Below, piece after piece: positions 19,519-28,922 of a stretch of 64,000 nucleotides of DNA. This DNA is from Candidatus Latescibacterota bacterium (GTDB taxonomy: Bacteria > Latescibacterota > UBA2968 > GCA-2709665): assembly GCA_965222075.1 (NCBI GenBank), contig OZ244937.1:3968001-4032000 (forward strand), in the 5' to 3' direction. The translations under genes were made by a program, and so were the position numbers. Position 1 is the stretch's first letter. Every line of letters begins with the position of its first letter. The notes beneath the pieces are model-generated. The model did not search any database, had not been told where the DNA came from, and saw nothing but the letters and a program-made list of their open reading frames with translations.

Positions 19519-20163
19519 TCAACCGCCTCCGGCCCATCGCACCCCCTGCTCGACCAACCGCTGCATCGCAGGCCTCCCAAACGTTCCCGGCCCATGCCCC
19601 AGCGTCGTATAAAACACGCGGCCACCGCCATAGGACTTCACCCAGGCCATCGGGTGCGTCCGGCCGTGCCACTCCGCCGAGGCCAGAATGTGGAGATAAG
19701 GATCGTATGCCGAAATATAGATCTCATCCTCCACTTCAAAATCCTCGATCCCCTGCGTCACCGGATGCTCGGCCTCCTCAATATGCACCGTAAAAGACAG
19801 CCCCGGCGGATGCCAGTTCGCGTGACCCCCAAGAAGGTTCACCGCTCGCCCGCCAATCCACCACCCCGTCCCGTGAATGCCCACCAACCCCTTCCCGCCC
19901 CTGACGAATTGAAACAACCCCTCCTCCTGCTCCGGCATTAGATCCGGCTCCCGCTTCACCGACCCATCCCCCTGGGGGACCGCCCGGGTGAATCCCGTCC
20001 CGAACACGCACACGTCAAATCCGTCCAACTCGGACGACGCCAAAATCGTCTTGTCTTCCGTCAGCGTCCCTGAAAGGTCGCTCTGTGCCGTGAGAAAACC
20101 GCAAATCACCTCCGCGCTCTCCTCAAACCCGTGGTTTCTGCCGGACAGTATCAAAACGTTCAT
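19519..20163 (-). CDS. ThuA-like (class I glutamine amidotransferase-like) domain protein
   Basis: GKGLVGIHG, HPVTQGI..F.VEDEIY and GRVFYTTLGH. Confidence 0.85.
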   Translation of the reverse strand: MNVLILSGRNHGFEESAEVICGFLTAQSDLSGTLTEDKTILASSELDGFDVCVFGTGFTRAVPQGDGSVKREPDLMPEQEEGLFQFVRGGKGLVGIHGTGWWIGGRAVNLLGGHANWHPPGLSFTVHIEEAEHPVTQGIEDFEVEDEIYISAYDPYLHILASAEWHGRTHPMAWVKSYGGGRVFYTTLGHGPGTFGRPAMQRLVEQGVRWAGGG

Positions 20164-20234
20164 CGTAACGCCCCCTTTTCCGTTTTCTTGACCCCTTCCT
20201 GGGTTTTCTCCCCATCCCGGACGATTGGCTCACG

Positions 20235-20268
20235 CCTGCCTGCCGAGCATCCATCCGGCGCAGGCAGG
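20235..20268. mobile_element. Short CCTG...CAGG hairpin element (34 bp), intergenic
   Basis: cctgcctgccgagcatccatccggcgcaggcagg between G and T; same termini as the elements inside the IS4. Confidence 0.75.
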
Positions 20269-20309
20269 TCTCCGGGTGGTCTGTCGTGTGTGGTCTAACA
20301 GCCTCTCAC

Positions 20310-21074
20310 TCAAATCAACCCCCACAACCGCCTCCGCTCCTCGCTCCACCCCTCCCACTCCCCGGCAAAAACGTGCTTCACCGCCTCAAGGTCCCGCTTG
20401 CGCCCCCCCGGTGGAAAATAATTCCAGCCCATTGCCCGCCGGGGCCCCGCAGCCGTCTTCACCCCCGTCGCATGCCAGCAGCTTGGCGTCCACACCAGCG
20501 ACCAGCGGGGGTCCAGCACCACCTCCACCTCGTGCGGATGCCGTGCGAACATCATCCTGGGCGGACGATCGTGCTGTCCGGTCGCCAACTCCAGCTGCCG
20601 CAACTCTTCTTCCACCTCTGCTTCGGGCCTCAGATGGCTCCCCGGTAGAACCCGCAGCGGCGCATTCGTCGGATCGTGCCGGTCCAGCGCCGTCCGTATC
20701 GATACCTGCTTTACCTCAGGGCTCCCGTCTGCGTGCCAGTGCACCTGGCGCTGGGGCCGTCCGTCCTCTGCAATCGTCCCGGAGGCGTCCCCCAGCCCGC
20801 AGGCCCCGATATGCACTTCGTCACAGTCCAGAATACGCCTGGCCGCATCCACCAGATCCGGCTGTTCGATAAGCTGCAAAACCGGTTCACCAACCATAAA
20901 CAGCTGGCAGGCCAGCCGGTTCAACCCTTCAGGCCAGTCCGTCTGCTCCCACTGCGCTTCGATCTCGCGCTGAATCGAGTCGACCTGATGCATCTTTTCC
21001 TCGCCCAGCGGATTGGGAACCAGAAAAAACCCCTGCCGGTGAAAGTGTTCAATCTGTTCGTTCGTTATGTCCAT
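20310..21074 (-). CDS. Phytanoyl-CoA dioxygenase (PhyH) family protein
   Basis: FHRQGFFLV, HWHAD, LRVLPGSH, WHA. Confidence 0.85.
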   Translation of the reverse strand: MDITNEQIEHFHRQGFFLVPNPLGEEKMHQVDSIQREIEAQWEQTDWPEGLNRLACQLFMVGEPVLQLIEQPDLVDAARRILDCDEVHIGACGLGDASGTIAEDGRPQRQVHWHADGSPEVKQVSIRTALDRHDPTNAPLRVLPGSHLRPEAEVEEELRQLELATGQHDRPPRMMFARHPHEVEVVLDPRWSLVWTPSCWHATGVKTAAGPRRAMGWNYFPPGGRKRDLEAVKHVFAGEWEGWSEERRRLWGLI

Positions 21075-21189
21075 TCGTCCCCCAGGGAAAGCATGGCTGA
21101 ATTTTTTTGGAGTTAAACCTAAAGAGACAGTTTCACGTGAGCAGATCTCTCTAACAGCAACTTCTCAGTATTTAATACAGCACGGGCTG

Positions 21190-22329
21190 TCAATCTGTCT
21201 GCACCAGCCGCCCTGCCCTCACGGTAGCCAGCGGCTCCCAGCATCCCCCCGGCCGTTCGACGTCCCGCACATCGCGCAAGCGTCCCTCCTCGTTCCAGTG
21301 CAACACGGCCAGATCGGCACAGGCGCCGGCGGCCAGCGTGCCGGCCTCCCCCTTCAGCCCAAGCAGCTCCGCCGGCCGTGCGGTAGCACGCGCCAGGACT
21401 TCGGTTTCCGGCATGCCGGCGGCGATGAACTTCGATATCGTCCTCGGCAGATCGTGCGGCGGGTCGCTGCCGATATGGCGGTTGTACTGATCGGTGGAAA
21501 CGGTGTGGGGGTAAAACCCCTCGGCGATGGCGGGCTCGGCGTGGGCAAAGCTGAAGGACTGCATGCCGTTACAGCCGTCGAACAGAACCCCCCGCTCTTT
21601 CGCCTCCCAGACTGCTCGCCGGACCTTTCCGTCGGCGATGATGTTGTCTTCGAGGAAAGCGAAGGTGTAGGTGACGAGGTCGCCCGCCCGCAAATGGAGC
21701 AGCTGCTCCTCCAGGGGGAAGTCCCTGTTGAACCGCGGACCGTACAGGATGGGACGCCCGCTACGCTCGGCCGCTTCGATCCCCCGACGCATGATCTCTC
21801 TCGGGTCGTGGGTGACGGCCGGATTGTGCATGGTGTTGAACGCGATGCCCCAGATCTCCTCTCCAGCTGCAGCGATCGTGGCGACGCAGAGACCGACGTC
21901 GGCGTTTTCGAGGTGCTCGAAACAGTGGCCCGCCTGCGATTCGCCGTATTTCGACAGGTGCAGGGCCAGTCGCACCCGGGTGCGGCAGGCGTGGATGACC
22001 TCGTCGTGATAGGCCGGCCAGTTGAGGGCGCCGGCGTCCCCCTGCGACATGCAGGTGGTAACCCCGCGCGGCAGGAAGTGCTCGTCCGGATTGACGCCGT
22101 ACCGCGAACCGCCTCTGGCCGGGTGAGCGTGCATGTCGACCAGACCGGGGAGAAGCAGGGCGTCGGGGTAGTCCAGGCTCTGCGATGCGGTCCCTGAGAC
22201 GTCGGGGCCGGCGGCGGCGATGCGGTCACCGCACACGGCGACGGCGCCCGGGCCATCCAGGCCGGTCTCGGCGCAGAAGATGCGACCGGCCGAAATCAGC
22301 AGATCATACGAGTCGGTTGTCCCGGACAT
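21190..22329 (-). CDS. Amidohydrolase/deacetylase family metallohydrolase (dihydroorotase-like)
   Basis: PGLVDMHAH, GVTT..SQGDAG, VSTD and GACADLAVL. Confidence 0.85.
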   Translation of the reverse strand: MSGTTDSYDLLISAGRIFCAETGLDGPGAVAVCGDRIAAAGPDVSGTASQSLDYPDALLLPGLVDMHAHPARGGSRYGVNPDEHFLPRGVTTCMSQGDAGALNWPAYHDEVIHACRTRVRLALHLSKYGESQAGHCFEHLENADVGLCVATIAAAGEEIWGIAFNTMHNPAVTHDPREIMRRGIEAAERSGRPILYGPRFNRDFPLEEQLLHLRAGDLVTYTFAFLEDNIIADGKVRRAVWEAKERGVLFDGCNGMQSFSFAHAEPAIAEGFYPHTVSTDQYNRHIGSDPPHDLPRTISKFIAAGMPETEVLARATARPAELLGLKGEAGTLAAGACADLAVLHWNEEGRLRDVRDVERPGGCWEPLATVRAGRLVQTD

Positions 22330-22394
22330 GGATCGTTCCTCATTCGTGGCCCCGCCAAGCTCGACGGCACCGACACGGCCGCGACCTCACAATC

Positions 22395-23421
22395 TCAAGA
22401 AGAAAGCTCTACGTTAGATGGCCTACTCTTGCCCTCGCAAAAATACATCGCCTTGAACCGTTCCATTTGTTTGATTTTGTCGATCAGCACGCGTTCCTGC
22501 TGTGAACTCGCCACATTTCGAACCAGGGACCTGGCATCCACCTCGGTCAATCGCAAAACGAGATAGTTGGCGATGGCCGAAAACACCGAGACGTGGAAGT
22601 CCCGCGCCTCTTGCGAGGCGAGCACCAGCGAGATGCCGTATTTCCGGCACTCCTTGGCCATGGTAGGAATGAGTTTGAGGCCAGCACCTCTCCCGCCTCC
22701 CGGCTGCCCTCATCGTCCCGTCCCGCGAACAAAACAGACAGGCTCGCGCACAACGAGTACACATCGGAGCGACGATCCGCTGCCCCGAGTCCTTGGGCAC
22801 GCACTTCGGGAGCAATCGCATTGTCTCCTTCGTCTTCTGCACTGCTGGAGACCGCCACCGTAATATCGTCGGGAATCCGGGCGTGTTGGAAACCAGTCAG
22901 GATCGGTTCGTTGTCGTGCTTGACGAGAACCGTGCCCGGCGTGAGGTTCCGGTGCAGCATGGGTTCGCCATCCTCGCCCGCTTCTGCCACGCTTTCAATG
23001 TGTGGAACCGAACGCCGCGGACAGCCCGGCCCTCAAGCAGCTTGACTTTCGCGGCATCCTGCGTGACCAGGAATACCCCATCCACCCGACCGAGTTCCGA
23101 GATAATCCGGCGCAATGTGGTACCAACCTTGCGTGCCTTGTCCGTTAGGCACTCGGCCTCGCGCTCCACAAGTTCGGCGTTGCGCTTCACCCAAGCCGCG
23201 GTCCAGTGCTTGACCTCAATGACCCGCACCCCGGGCGGGCCGATGGCGACAATGTCGATTTCGTCGGATTGTCGTCGGTGGGTGGCGGAAAACACGAGAT
23301 TTGTCAACAGCAGCCACTCGCCATCGCCCAATTCGGAAATCAAGCCCGACTTAAGCCGCCCAATGGCCTTCTGTTCGCTGTCGTTGGCCACAGGCCCGCA
23401 GTTAATGAGGGTTACCTTCAT
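22395..23421 (-). pseudogene. Collapsed defence-like locus: NERD nuclease N-terminus, Ser/Thr kinase fragment and C-terminus of a HerA/FtsK-type ATPase
   Basis: EIDIVAIGPPGVRVIEVKHW (NERD); HRNLTP...APE...SDVYSL (kinase); ECRKYGISLVLASQ (HerA/FtsK-type motif). The three pieces are joined in different frames. Confidence 0.7.
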
Positions 23422-23455
23422 GCAGAGTTACCTTTCTCCCCTAAGGTTTTGGGAC

Positions 23456-23580
23456 TCATGCGCTCCAAGGCGGGGTGACGATCTCATACTTGGGACCGCT
23501 GACACGGCTGAGTCTTCTGTCCAACGTCAGCAGTGAACAGTTGCACTCCTCAGCCCCAATGCTACGTACCAAGCATCGTA
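23456..23580 (-). pseudogene. C-terminal fragment of a VapC/PIN toxin
   Basis: YDAWYVAL, then (after a frameshift) AEECNCSLLTLDRRLSRVSGPKYEIVTPPWSA*, a typical VapC C-terminus. The 5' part is replaced by IS630 sequence. Confidence 0.65.
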
Positions 23581-23990
23581 ACCCGAGGCGATCGACGCAC
23601 AATGGAAAGTAGCGCCTTTTTTGCCTGTGACGCGTCTGGATACTCAGGGGGAAAAAGCGGGTTTACGTCCCCGCCCAGATCGAATCTGTAACCCTGAGAT
23701 CCCTTCGGCCTGGTAACGATTTACCCACTCACCTGCCTGTGCGTGCGGGGGCACGCACGCAGATTCAGGTATATCGTGTCTTTACGTCGCTTTTTTAATA
23801 ATCCCCTTTGGGCTACCTGCCTGCGCCAAGCGGAGCGCGGCAGGCAGGCCTGACGGCCTGACATCCCAGAAGCAATCTTTAAAATCGCACAGGCACGTTC
23901 ACGCATATACGGCTTGTCCGAATGGTCGCGGGCCTGTTCCACTTCGCTGCTTTGCTCTGCTGTCAACGAAATCCTCAGTATTTTAGGCAT
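23581..23990 (-). mobile_element. IS630-family transposase remnant (N-terminal HTH) disrupted by two hairpin insertions
   Basis: Removing 23816-23848 and 23732-23769 gives MPKILRISLTAEQ...RERACAILKIASGMSGRQVAQRGLLKKRRKDTIYEWVNRYQAEGISGLQIRSGRGRKPAFSP, an IS630-type HTH region ending at a T5C5 run. Confidence 0.8.
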
Positions 23991-24119
23991 CAGATCACCT
24001 CCTTATACTGAGGATACAACATCTGAACGCTTATAGCACGATTATTTTTTTAATCTTCATAAGGCCGGGGCTTTTCTCCCGATTCGTGGCCCCGCCACCG
24101 CGATTTCCAAAGCCCTGCA

Positions 24120-24175
24120 CCACCCGCATTCATTCCCGTCCACAGGACGGGGCATTATGCGAGATATTCGTAAAA
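24120..24175. repeat. IS200/IS605-like end or short MITE remnant
   Basis: cgcattcattcccgtccacaggacggggcattatgcg imperfect hairpin; the family assignment rests on resemblance only. Confidence 0.35.
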
Positions 24176-24250
24176 ATATACGACTGCTTGACTGAGAAAC
24201 CAACCGTTTTCAATACCACAGGAGAAACACCTACCAGGCCTCGCCCGTCT

Positions 24251-24360
24251 GAGAAGCTGTTTTAAAATTCCCGGTGAGTTCCCCAGCGTGAGGGGCGCGC
24301 AGCGCAGGCAAGCGTTTTTGCAGCCGCGCGAAGACCGCTGGGGGTTTTAAGACAGTTGTC
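24251..24360. mobile_element. Putative ~110-bp MITE
   Basis: Imperfect terminal inverted repeats gagaagctgttttaaaa / ttttaagacagttgtc enclosing a GC-rich core. Confidence 0.4.
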
Positions 24361-24369
24361 CTGCGCCCT

Positions 24370-24800
24370 TTGGGGCACCCATTATGATGAAAATAGTTGC
24401 GTTGACAGACTTGTACTGTAACCGTCCATGCCCGCTCACACGTTTCGCCTCTGCGATCCCCCTCCCCACCGGCCAGGTATCGACCACTGCGGGTTGGCGC
24501 CCCTAACTTGCCGACTCCCCCGGTCTGGTGCGGGGGGAAGGGGCTTTTCCGCGCAGATCCCCCCAGCACCATCGCCCAACAACGCCCAAAAGGTCCGCTG
24601 GGCACAAACGCCTGCTTCCACCACAGGGGCAGTTCGCGGAAAAGCAGCCCCCGCGGCGTCTGAGCGGCCTGCCTGCAGCGCGGTGCGCCGCGCAGGCAGG
24701 CGCCCTTCTTTTTCGGCCTTTTTCTTGGGCGAACAAGAAAAAGGCCAGGAGTAAAAGAACAGTTGGACCTGGGTATCTGTTATTTTCCAAGCAGTTTCTA
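24370..24800. repeat. ~430-bp structured non-coding repeat element, copy 1
   Basis: Aligns by eye with 54067-54456 plus 56010-56057; ends in the hairpin ggcctttttcttgggcgaacaagaaaaaggcc followed by ...tattttccaagcagtttct. Confidence 0.85.
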
Positions 24801-24971
24801 AAAGACGTTCTACAGGACTACCCCGGAATAGATGGCCGATGTTCGGGAGGTGGCGCTGCAGATCAGAGAGGACCACGGGATCAAGCTGGCCGGGTGGTAG
24901 TATACGGATATTGGTCTGCTCAACGCTGTGTTTGAAGAAGGGGCGTTTGACCTTGCGCGGGGAAAAACTTC

Positions 24972-25000
24972 TTGACTGTTTCCACAAGATGTAGTATTAT
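24972..25000 (+). promoter_or_regulatory. Sigma70-type promoter of smc
   Basis: TTGACT-17 bp-TATTAT upstream of smc. Confidence 0.55.
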
Positions 25001-25198
25001 ACAAAAGATCCTGTGAAATGTTTGCGCAACCTGTTGCGTTTTAAAGATTTTCCTCTGGGATCCCCTTCCCCTTCTTTTCCCCTCGATTCAGACCGGAGGT
25101 ATCTGTGGGTAAGCGCCTGGCAACCATCCAGGCGTTCCACAGGGCCAAATTTCCACACATTTGTACGTCTCTCCATCATGATTTCAGGAGGATTTCTC

Positions 25199-28100
25199 TT
25201 GCACCTTTCTCGCCTTACGGCCTTCGGTTTCAAGTCGTTTGCCCAGAAGATGGATCTGACGTTTGGGAAGGGGATTTCCTGCGTGGTGGGTCCCAACGGC
25301 TGCGGGAAGTCGAATGTGGTGGATGCGCTTCGCTGGGCGCTGGGCGAACAGCGGGTGCGGTCGCTGCGCAGCCATTACATGGAAGATGTGATCTTTTCCG
25401 GGTCGAGGACGCGCAAGGCCTTAGGGATGGCCGAGGTGTCGGTGACGATCGACAATTCCGAGAACCTGCTCCCGGTGGATTTTTCCGAGGTGACGGTGAC
25501 CCGCCGGCTGTTCCGGTCTGGGGAGAGCGATTATCTGCTGAACAAGATCCCCTGCCGGTTGAAGGACATCCAGGACCTTTTCATGGATACGGGGCTGGGC
25601 GCTTCGCACGCCTATATCATCGAGCAGGGGATGGTGGACGAGATCATCAGCGACAAGACGGAGGAGCGGCGGCGGGTTTTTGAAGAGGCCGCGGGGGTGA
25701 CCCGGTACAAGGTGCGACGCAGGTCGGCCTGGAACAAGCTGCAGTCGCTTCAACAGGATTTGCAGCGGATTTCGGATGTGATCGCGGAGGTGGAGCGGCA
25801 GGTGGCGTTGCTGGCGAGGCAGGAGCGGAAGGCCCGGCTTTTCAAGCAGCTGACAGACCAGCTCCGGGAGATGGAGGTCCAGCTTGCGCGCTACCGGTAT
25901 TTTGAGATGTCGGACCGCGCCCGGCCGATGTTAGAGGAGATGACCTTTCTCAAGGAGGATGTTGAGGTCGGGTCAACAGATATCGTCCGGTTGGAGGCGA
26001 GGCTGGAAGAGGTCCGTGCCGAACTCACGGCGCAGGACCAGGCCGTGGCCACGGCCAACGCGGAGGTGGGCCGGCAGGTGGAGGCGGCTCACCGGAAGGA
26101 CCGGGAGATCGTAGTGGCCCGGGAGGAGGCGCGGGGTATTGAAGGGTTATTGACCCGTGCCGCAAGGCAACAGGAGGTGTTGAAGGAGCGGCAGGAGGTG
26201 GCCCGGCAGGGGCAGGAGGCGGCCCGGCAGGGAGAACAGGAGGGGAGCGAGGCTCTTAAGCGGGCAGAGGCGGCGCTTTTAGAAGAGACCGGGACGCAGG
26301 AGGCCCTGCTGGCGGACTTGGAGGCCCGCCGTGGGGGGGCGGATGAGCAGAAGGCGCGCCTTATTGGGATGCACCAGGAGATCAGCGAGGTGCGCGGGCG
26401 GCTGGAGCGGGCGCGGGCGGAGGTGGAGGGGTTGTCTCACCGGCAGGCGAGGCTGGGGGAGGATGTGGCCCGCGTTCGGGCGCGGCGGCAGGAGGCGGAG
26501 GGGGCGGCCGATGCGGCGGCAGGGCAGATCGCAGACCTGGAGCAGGCGCTGGAGGAGCGGACTTCCCTGAGGCGGGTGCACACCGAGGCGCGGGACCGGC
26601 TGCAGGCGGAGCGGGACGGGCTGGTGGAGGAGCGCAATAGCCTGCGCACCCGGATGGAGGCGGACGGCGCCCGGTTGGCGCTTTTAGAGAAGCTCCGCGA
26701 GGGATTTGAGGGCTATTCCCGGGGGGTACGAACGCTGGCCGTAGACTCTCCCTTTTCGGATCGGATCAAGGGGGTTGTGGCGGATCTGATCGATGTGGAT
26801 CCGATGTACACTTCGGCGATCGAGGCGACGATGGGACGGGCGCTGGAGTGCCTGCTGGTGGACACGACCGCGGATGCGGCGGAGGCGATGGCCTATCTGC
26901 GGTCCAGCGCGCACGGCGCGGCGGCGTTTCTGCCTACAGAGCGGGTGGCGCAGGGCAACGGCATGCCCTGGACGCCTCCGGTGGGGGAGGGGATTGTGGG
27001 CCGGGCGTCGGATCTGCTCCGGGGGCCTGCAAACGGCGCGGCGCGGTCCCTCTTGTGCCGGACGCTGGTGGTGGCGGATGTGGAGGCCGCGCTGCCTTTA
27101 ATGGCGCAGATGCAGACGATCGGGGTGGATATTGCGACGCTGGACGGGGAGGTGCTCGCCGCCGATGGCACGGTCTACGGCGGGGTTGCTGTGGGCGAGG
27201 AGACCGGGTTGATCGGCCGGGCGGGGCAGGTCGAGATGCTCTGGGCCGATCTGGAGGCGGGCCGGGCGGGGCTGGAGGCCTTTGGGGCGGATATCTGTCG
27301 GGTTGGGGAAGCCACAGCCAAAGCAGCGGCGCAGGTTGAAGCCGATGACGGGGCCCTGGCTGACTTGCGCAACCGCCTGGTCGGGCTGCAGCGAGACCAG
27401 CAGAACGCGAGCGCCGAGGCCAAACGGCAGGGGGCCGCCGATGAGGAGTTGCACGGGGAGGCGGCCTGGCTGAAGGAGCGGGAAGCCGAGCTTCGCTGCA
27501 CGGTTGCAGAGGGAGAAGCAGGGCTGGAGGCCCTGGAGGCCCGGCGCAGCCGGCTGGAAGAAGAGGTCCGGCAGGCGGACGAGGCGCTCCGGGAACAGGA
27601 ACGCAAGCGCCGGGCGCAGCAGGATGCGGTTTCTGCGCAGCAGGTGGAGATCGCTACGTTGGGGGAACGCGTTGAGAACCTGCACCAGGAGGCGGCCCGG
27701 CTGGCGCAGGCGCAGACCGACCTGGGCCGGGAGATGGAGCGGCTGGCTTTGGAGTGCGCCGAGAATGAGGCGCGAAAGGCCGACCTGGGAGAGGTGGTGC
27801 AGTCCGCTTCGACGGAGTTGGAGGCCCTCCACAAGGTGCAGACCGAGTTGGAGCGAAAGCGGGATACGCAGGTGGAGCGCCAGCAGGAGCTGATGGTGGG
27901 GGCCCGCGAGCTGGAGGAGAAGGACCGGGAGGTGGGGAGGCGGGTGATTCGGAACCGGGAGCGGCTGCGCGAACTGGAGGTGGAGATGGTGCAGCTGAAG
28001 ACCCGTGCGGAGGAGCTGCAGGAGCGGATCAAGCGCGACCATGAGGTGGATATCAAGGAACTGGGACGGTTTGAGGACCCGGAGTTCAACGCCGATATTA

Positions 28101-28804
28101 CCCAGAAGCGGACCATCGAGATCCAGGACCGGATGCGCCGGATGGGGGCGGTGAACCTTGCGGCGCTGGAGGATTACGATGTCCATCGGGAACGGTTCGA
28201 GTTCTTAGCCAGGCAGCGGGACGACCTGCTGGAGGCAGAGGAGACGCTGAAGCGGACGATTCAGAGGATTGACCGGGAGGCCCGCGGCCGGTTTTTGGAG
28301 ACCTTTTCCAGCATCCGGGAGAATTTCAAGCGGACCTTCGTGGCGTTCTTTGAAGGGGGCGAGGTGGATCTGTTCATGCCGGCAGATGAGGACCCGCTGG
28401 AGGCCCCGATGCACATTATTGCGCGGCCCAAGGGCAAGCGCCTGCAGAACATCAACCTGCTGTCGGGCGGGGAACGGGCGCTGACGGCGATTGCGTTGCT
28501 GTTCGCCATCTACTTGGTCAAGACGAGTCCCTTCTGCATCCTGGACGAGGTGGACGCGCCCTTAGACGATGCGAATGTGGATCGCTTCGTGCGCGTGCTC
28601 CAGGAGTTTGCAGAGCACACGCAGTTCGTGCTGGTGACCCACAACAAGGGGACAATGGAAGTCGCCGATTCCCTGTACGGAATTACGATGGAGGAGCCGG
28701 GGGTGTCCAAGCTGGTGTCGGTGCGGCTCACGGGAGGGGAGGCGGAAGGCAACGGGCGGGCCGAGACCGAGGCGATGGTTGAGGCATCGGCGGACGACGA
28801 CTAA
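25199..28804 (+). CDS. smc: Chromosome segregation protein SMC
   Basis: GFKSFA, VGPNGCGKSN, long coiled coils, a hinge region, LLSGGE and FCILDEVDAPLD; AGGAGG RBS before TTG 25199. Confidence 0.97.
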   Translation: MHLSRLTAFGFKSFAQKMDLTFGKGISCVVGPNGCGKSNVVDALRWALGEQRVRSLRSHYMEDVIFSGSRTRKALGMAEVSVTIDNSENLLPVDFSEVTVTRRLFRSGESDYLLNKIPCRLKDIQDLFMDTGLGASHAYIIEQGMVDEIISDKTEERRRVFEEAAGVTRYKVRRRSAWNKLQSLQQDLQRISDVIAEVERQVALLARQERKARLFKQLTDQLREMEVQLARYRYFEMSDRARPMLEEMTFLKEDVEVGSTDIVRLEARLEEVRAELTAQDQAVATANAEVGRQVEAAHRKDREIVVAREEARGIEGLLTRAARQQEVLKERQEVARQGQEAARQGEQEGSEALKRAEAALLEETGTQEALLADLEARRGGADEQKARLIGMHQEISEVRGRLERARAEVEGLSHRQARLGEDVARVRARRQEAEGAADAAAGQIADLEQALEERTSLRRVHTEARDRLQAERDGLVEERNSLRTRMEADGARLALLEKLREGFEGYSRGVRTLAVDSPFSDRIKGVVADLIDVDPMYTSAIEATMGRALECLLVDTTADAAEAMAYLRSSAHGAAAFLPTERVAQGNGMPWTPPVGEGIVGRASDLLRGPANGAARSLLCRTLVVADVEAALPLMAQMQTIGVDIATLDGEVLAADGTVYGGVAVGEETGLIGRAGQVEMLWADLEAGRAGLEAFGADICRVGEATAKAAAQVEADDGALADLRNRLVGLQRDQQNASAEAKRQGAADEELHGEAAWLKEREAELRCTVAEGEAGLEALEARRSRLEEEVRQADEALREQERKRRAQQDAVSAQQVEIATLGERVENLHQEAARLAQAQTDLGREMERLALECAENEARKADLGEVVQSASTELEALHKVQTELERKRDTQVERQQELMVGARELEEKDREVGRRVIRNRERLRELEVEMVQLKTRAEELQERIKRDHEVDIKELGRFEDPEFNADITQKRTIEIQDRMRRMGAVNLAALEDYDVHRERFEFLARQRDDLLEAEETLKRTIQRIDREARGRFLETFSSIRENFKRTFVAFFEGGEVDLFMPADEDPLEAPMHIIARPKGKRLQNINLLSGGERALTAIALLFAIYLVKTSPFCILDEVDAPLDDANVDRFVRVLQEFAEHTQFVLVTHNKGTMEVADSLYGITMEEPGVSKLVSVRLTGGEAEGNGRAETEAMVEASADDD

Positions 28805-28841
28805 AGGCAGGGAAAAGCAACCACCGATGTGTACAGATGTC

Positions 28842-28910
28842 GTAGGGGCGACCGGCCCGGTCGCCCTTACTATTTTCTGCCTGCTTGCCGACAAGGCAGG
28901 CGCAGGCAGG
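28842..28910. repeat. GTAG-type REP-like palindrome followed by a degenerate or nested CCTG...CAGG hairpin
   Basis: gtaggggcgaccggcccggtcgcccttac, then ctgcctgcttgccgacaaggcaggcgcaggcagg. Confidence 0.6.
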
Positions 28911-28922
28911 TCGAGGGACGTG

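Noticed and set aside
24231-24987. ORFs overlapping the 430-bp repeat (and equivalents at 54065-54617)
   Set aside because: Starts and ends differ between the two copies and the products are Arg/Pro/Gly-rich with no motifs; treated as non-coding.
24978-25160. DnaA-box-like TTTCCACA motifs upstream of smc at a skew switch (possible oriC)
   Set aside because: Only two imperfect matches and no clear box cluster; the origin is more likely beyond recF, outside the window.
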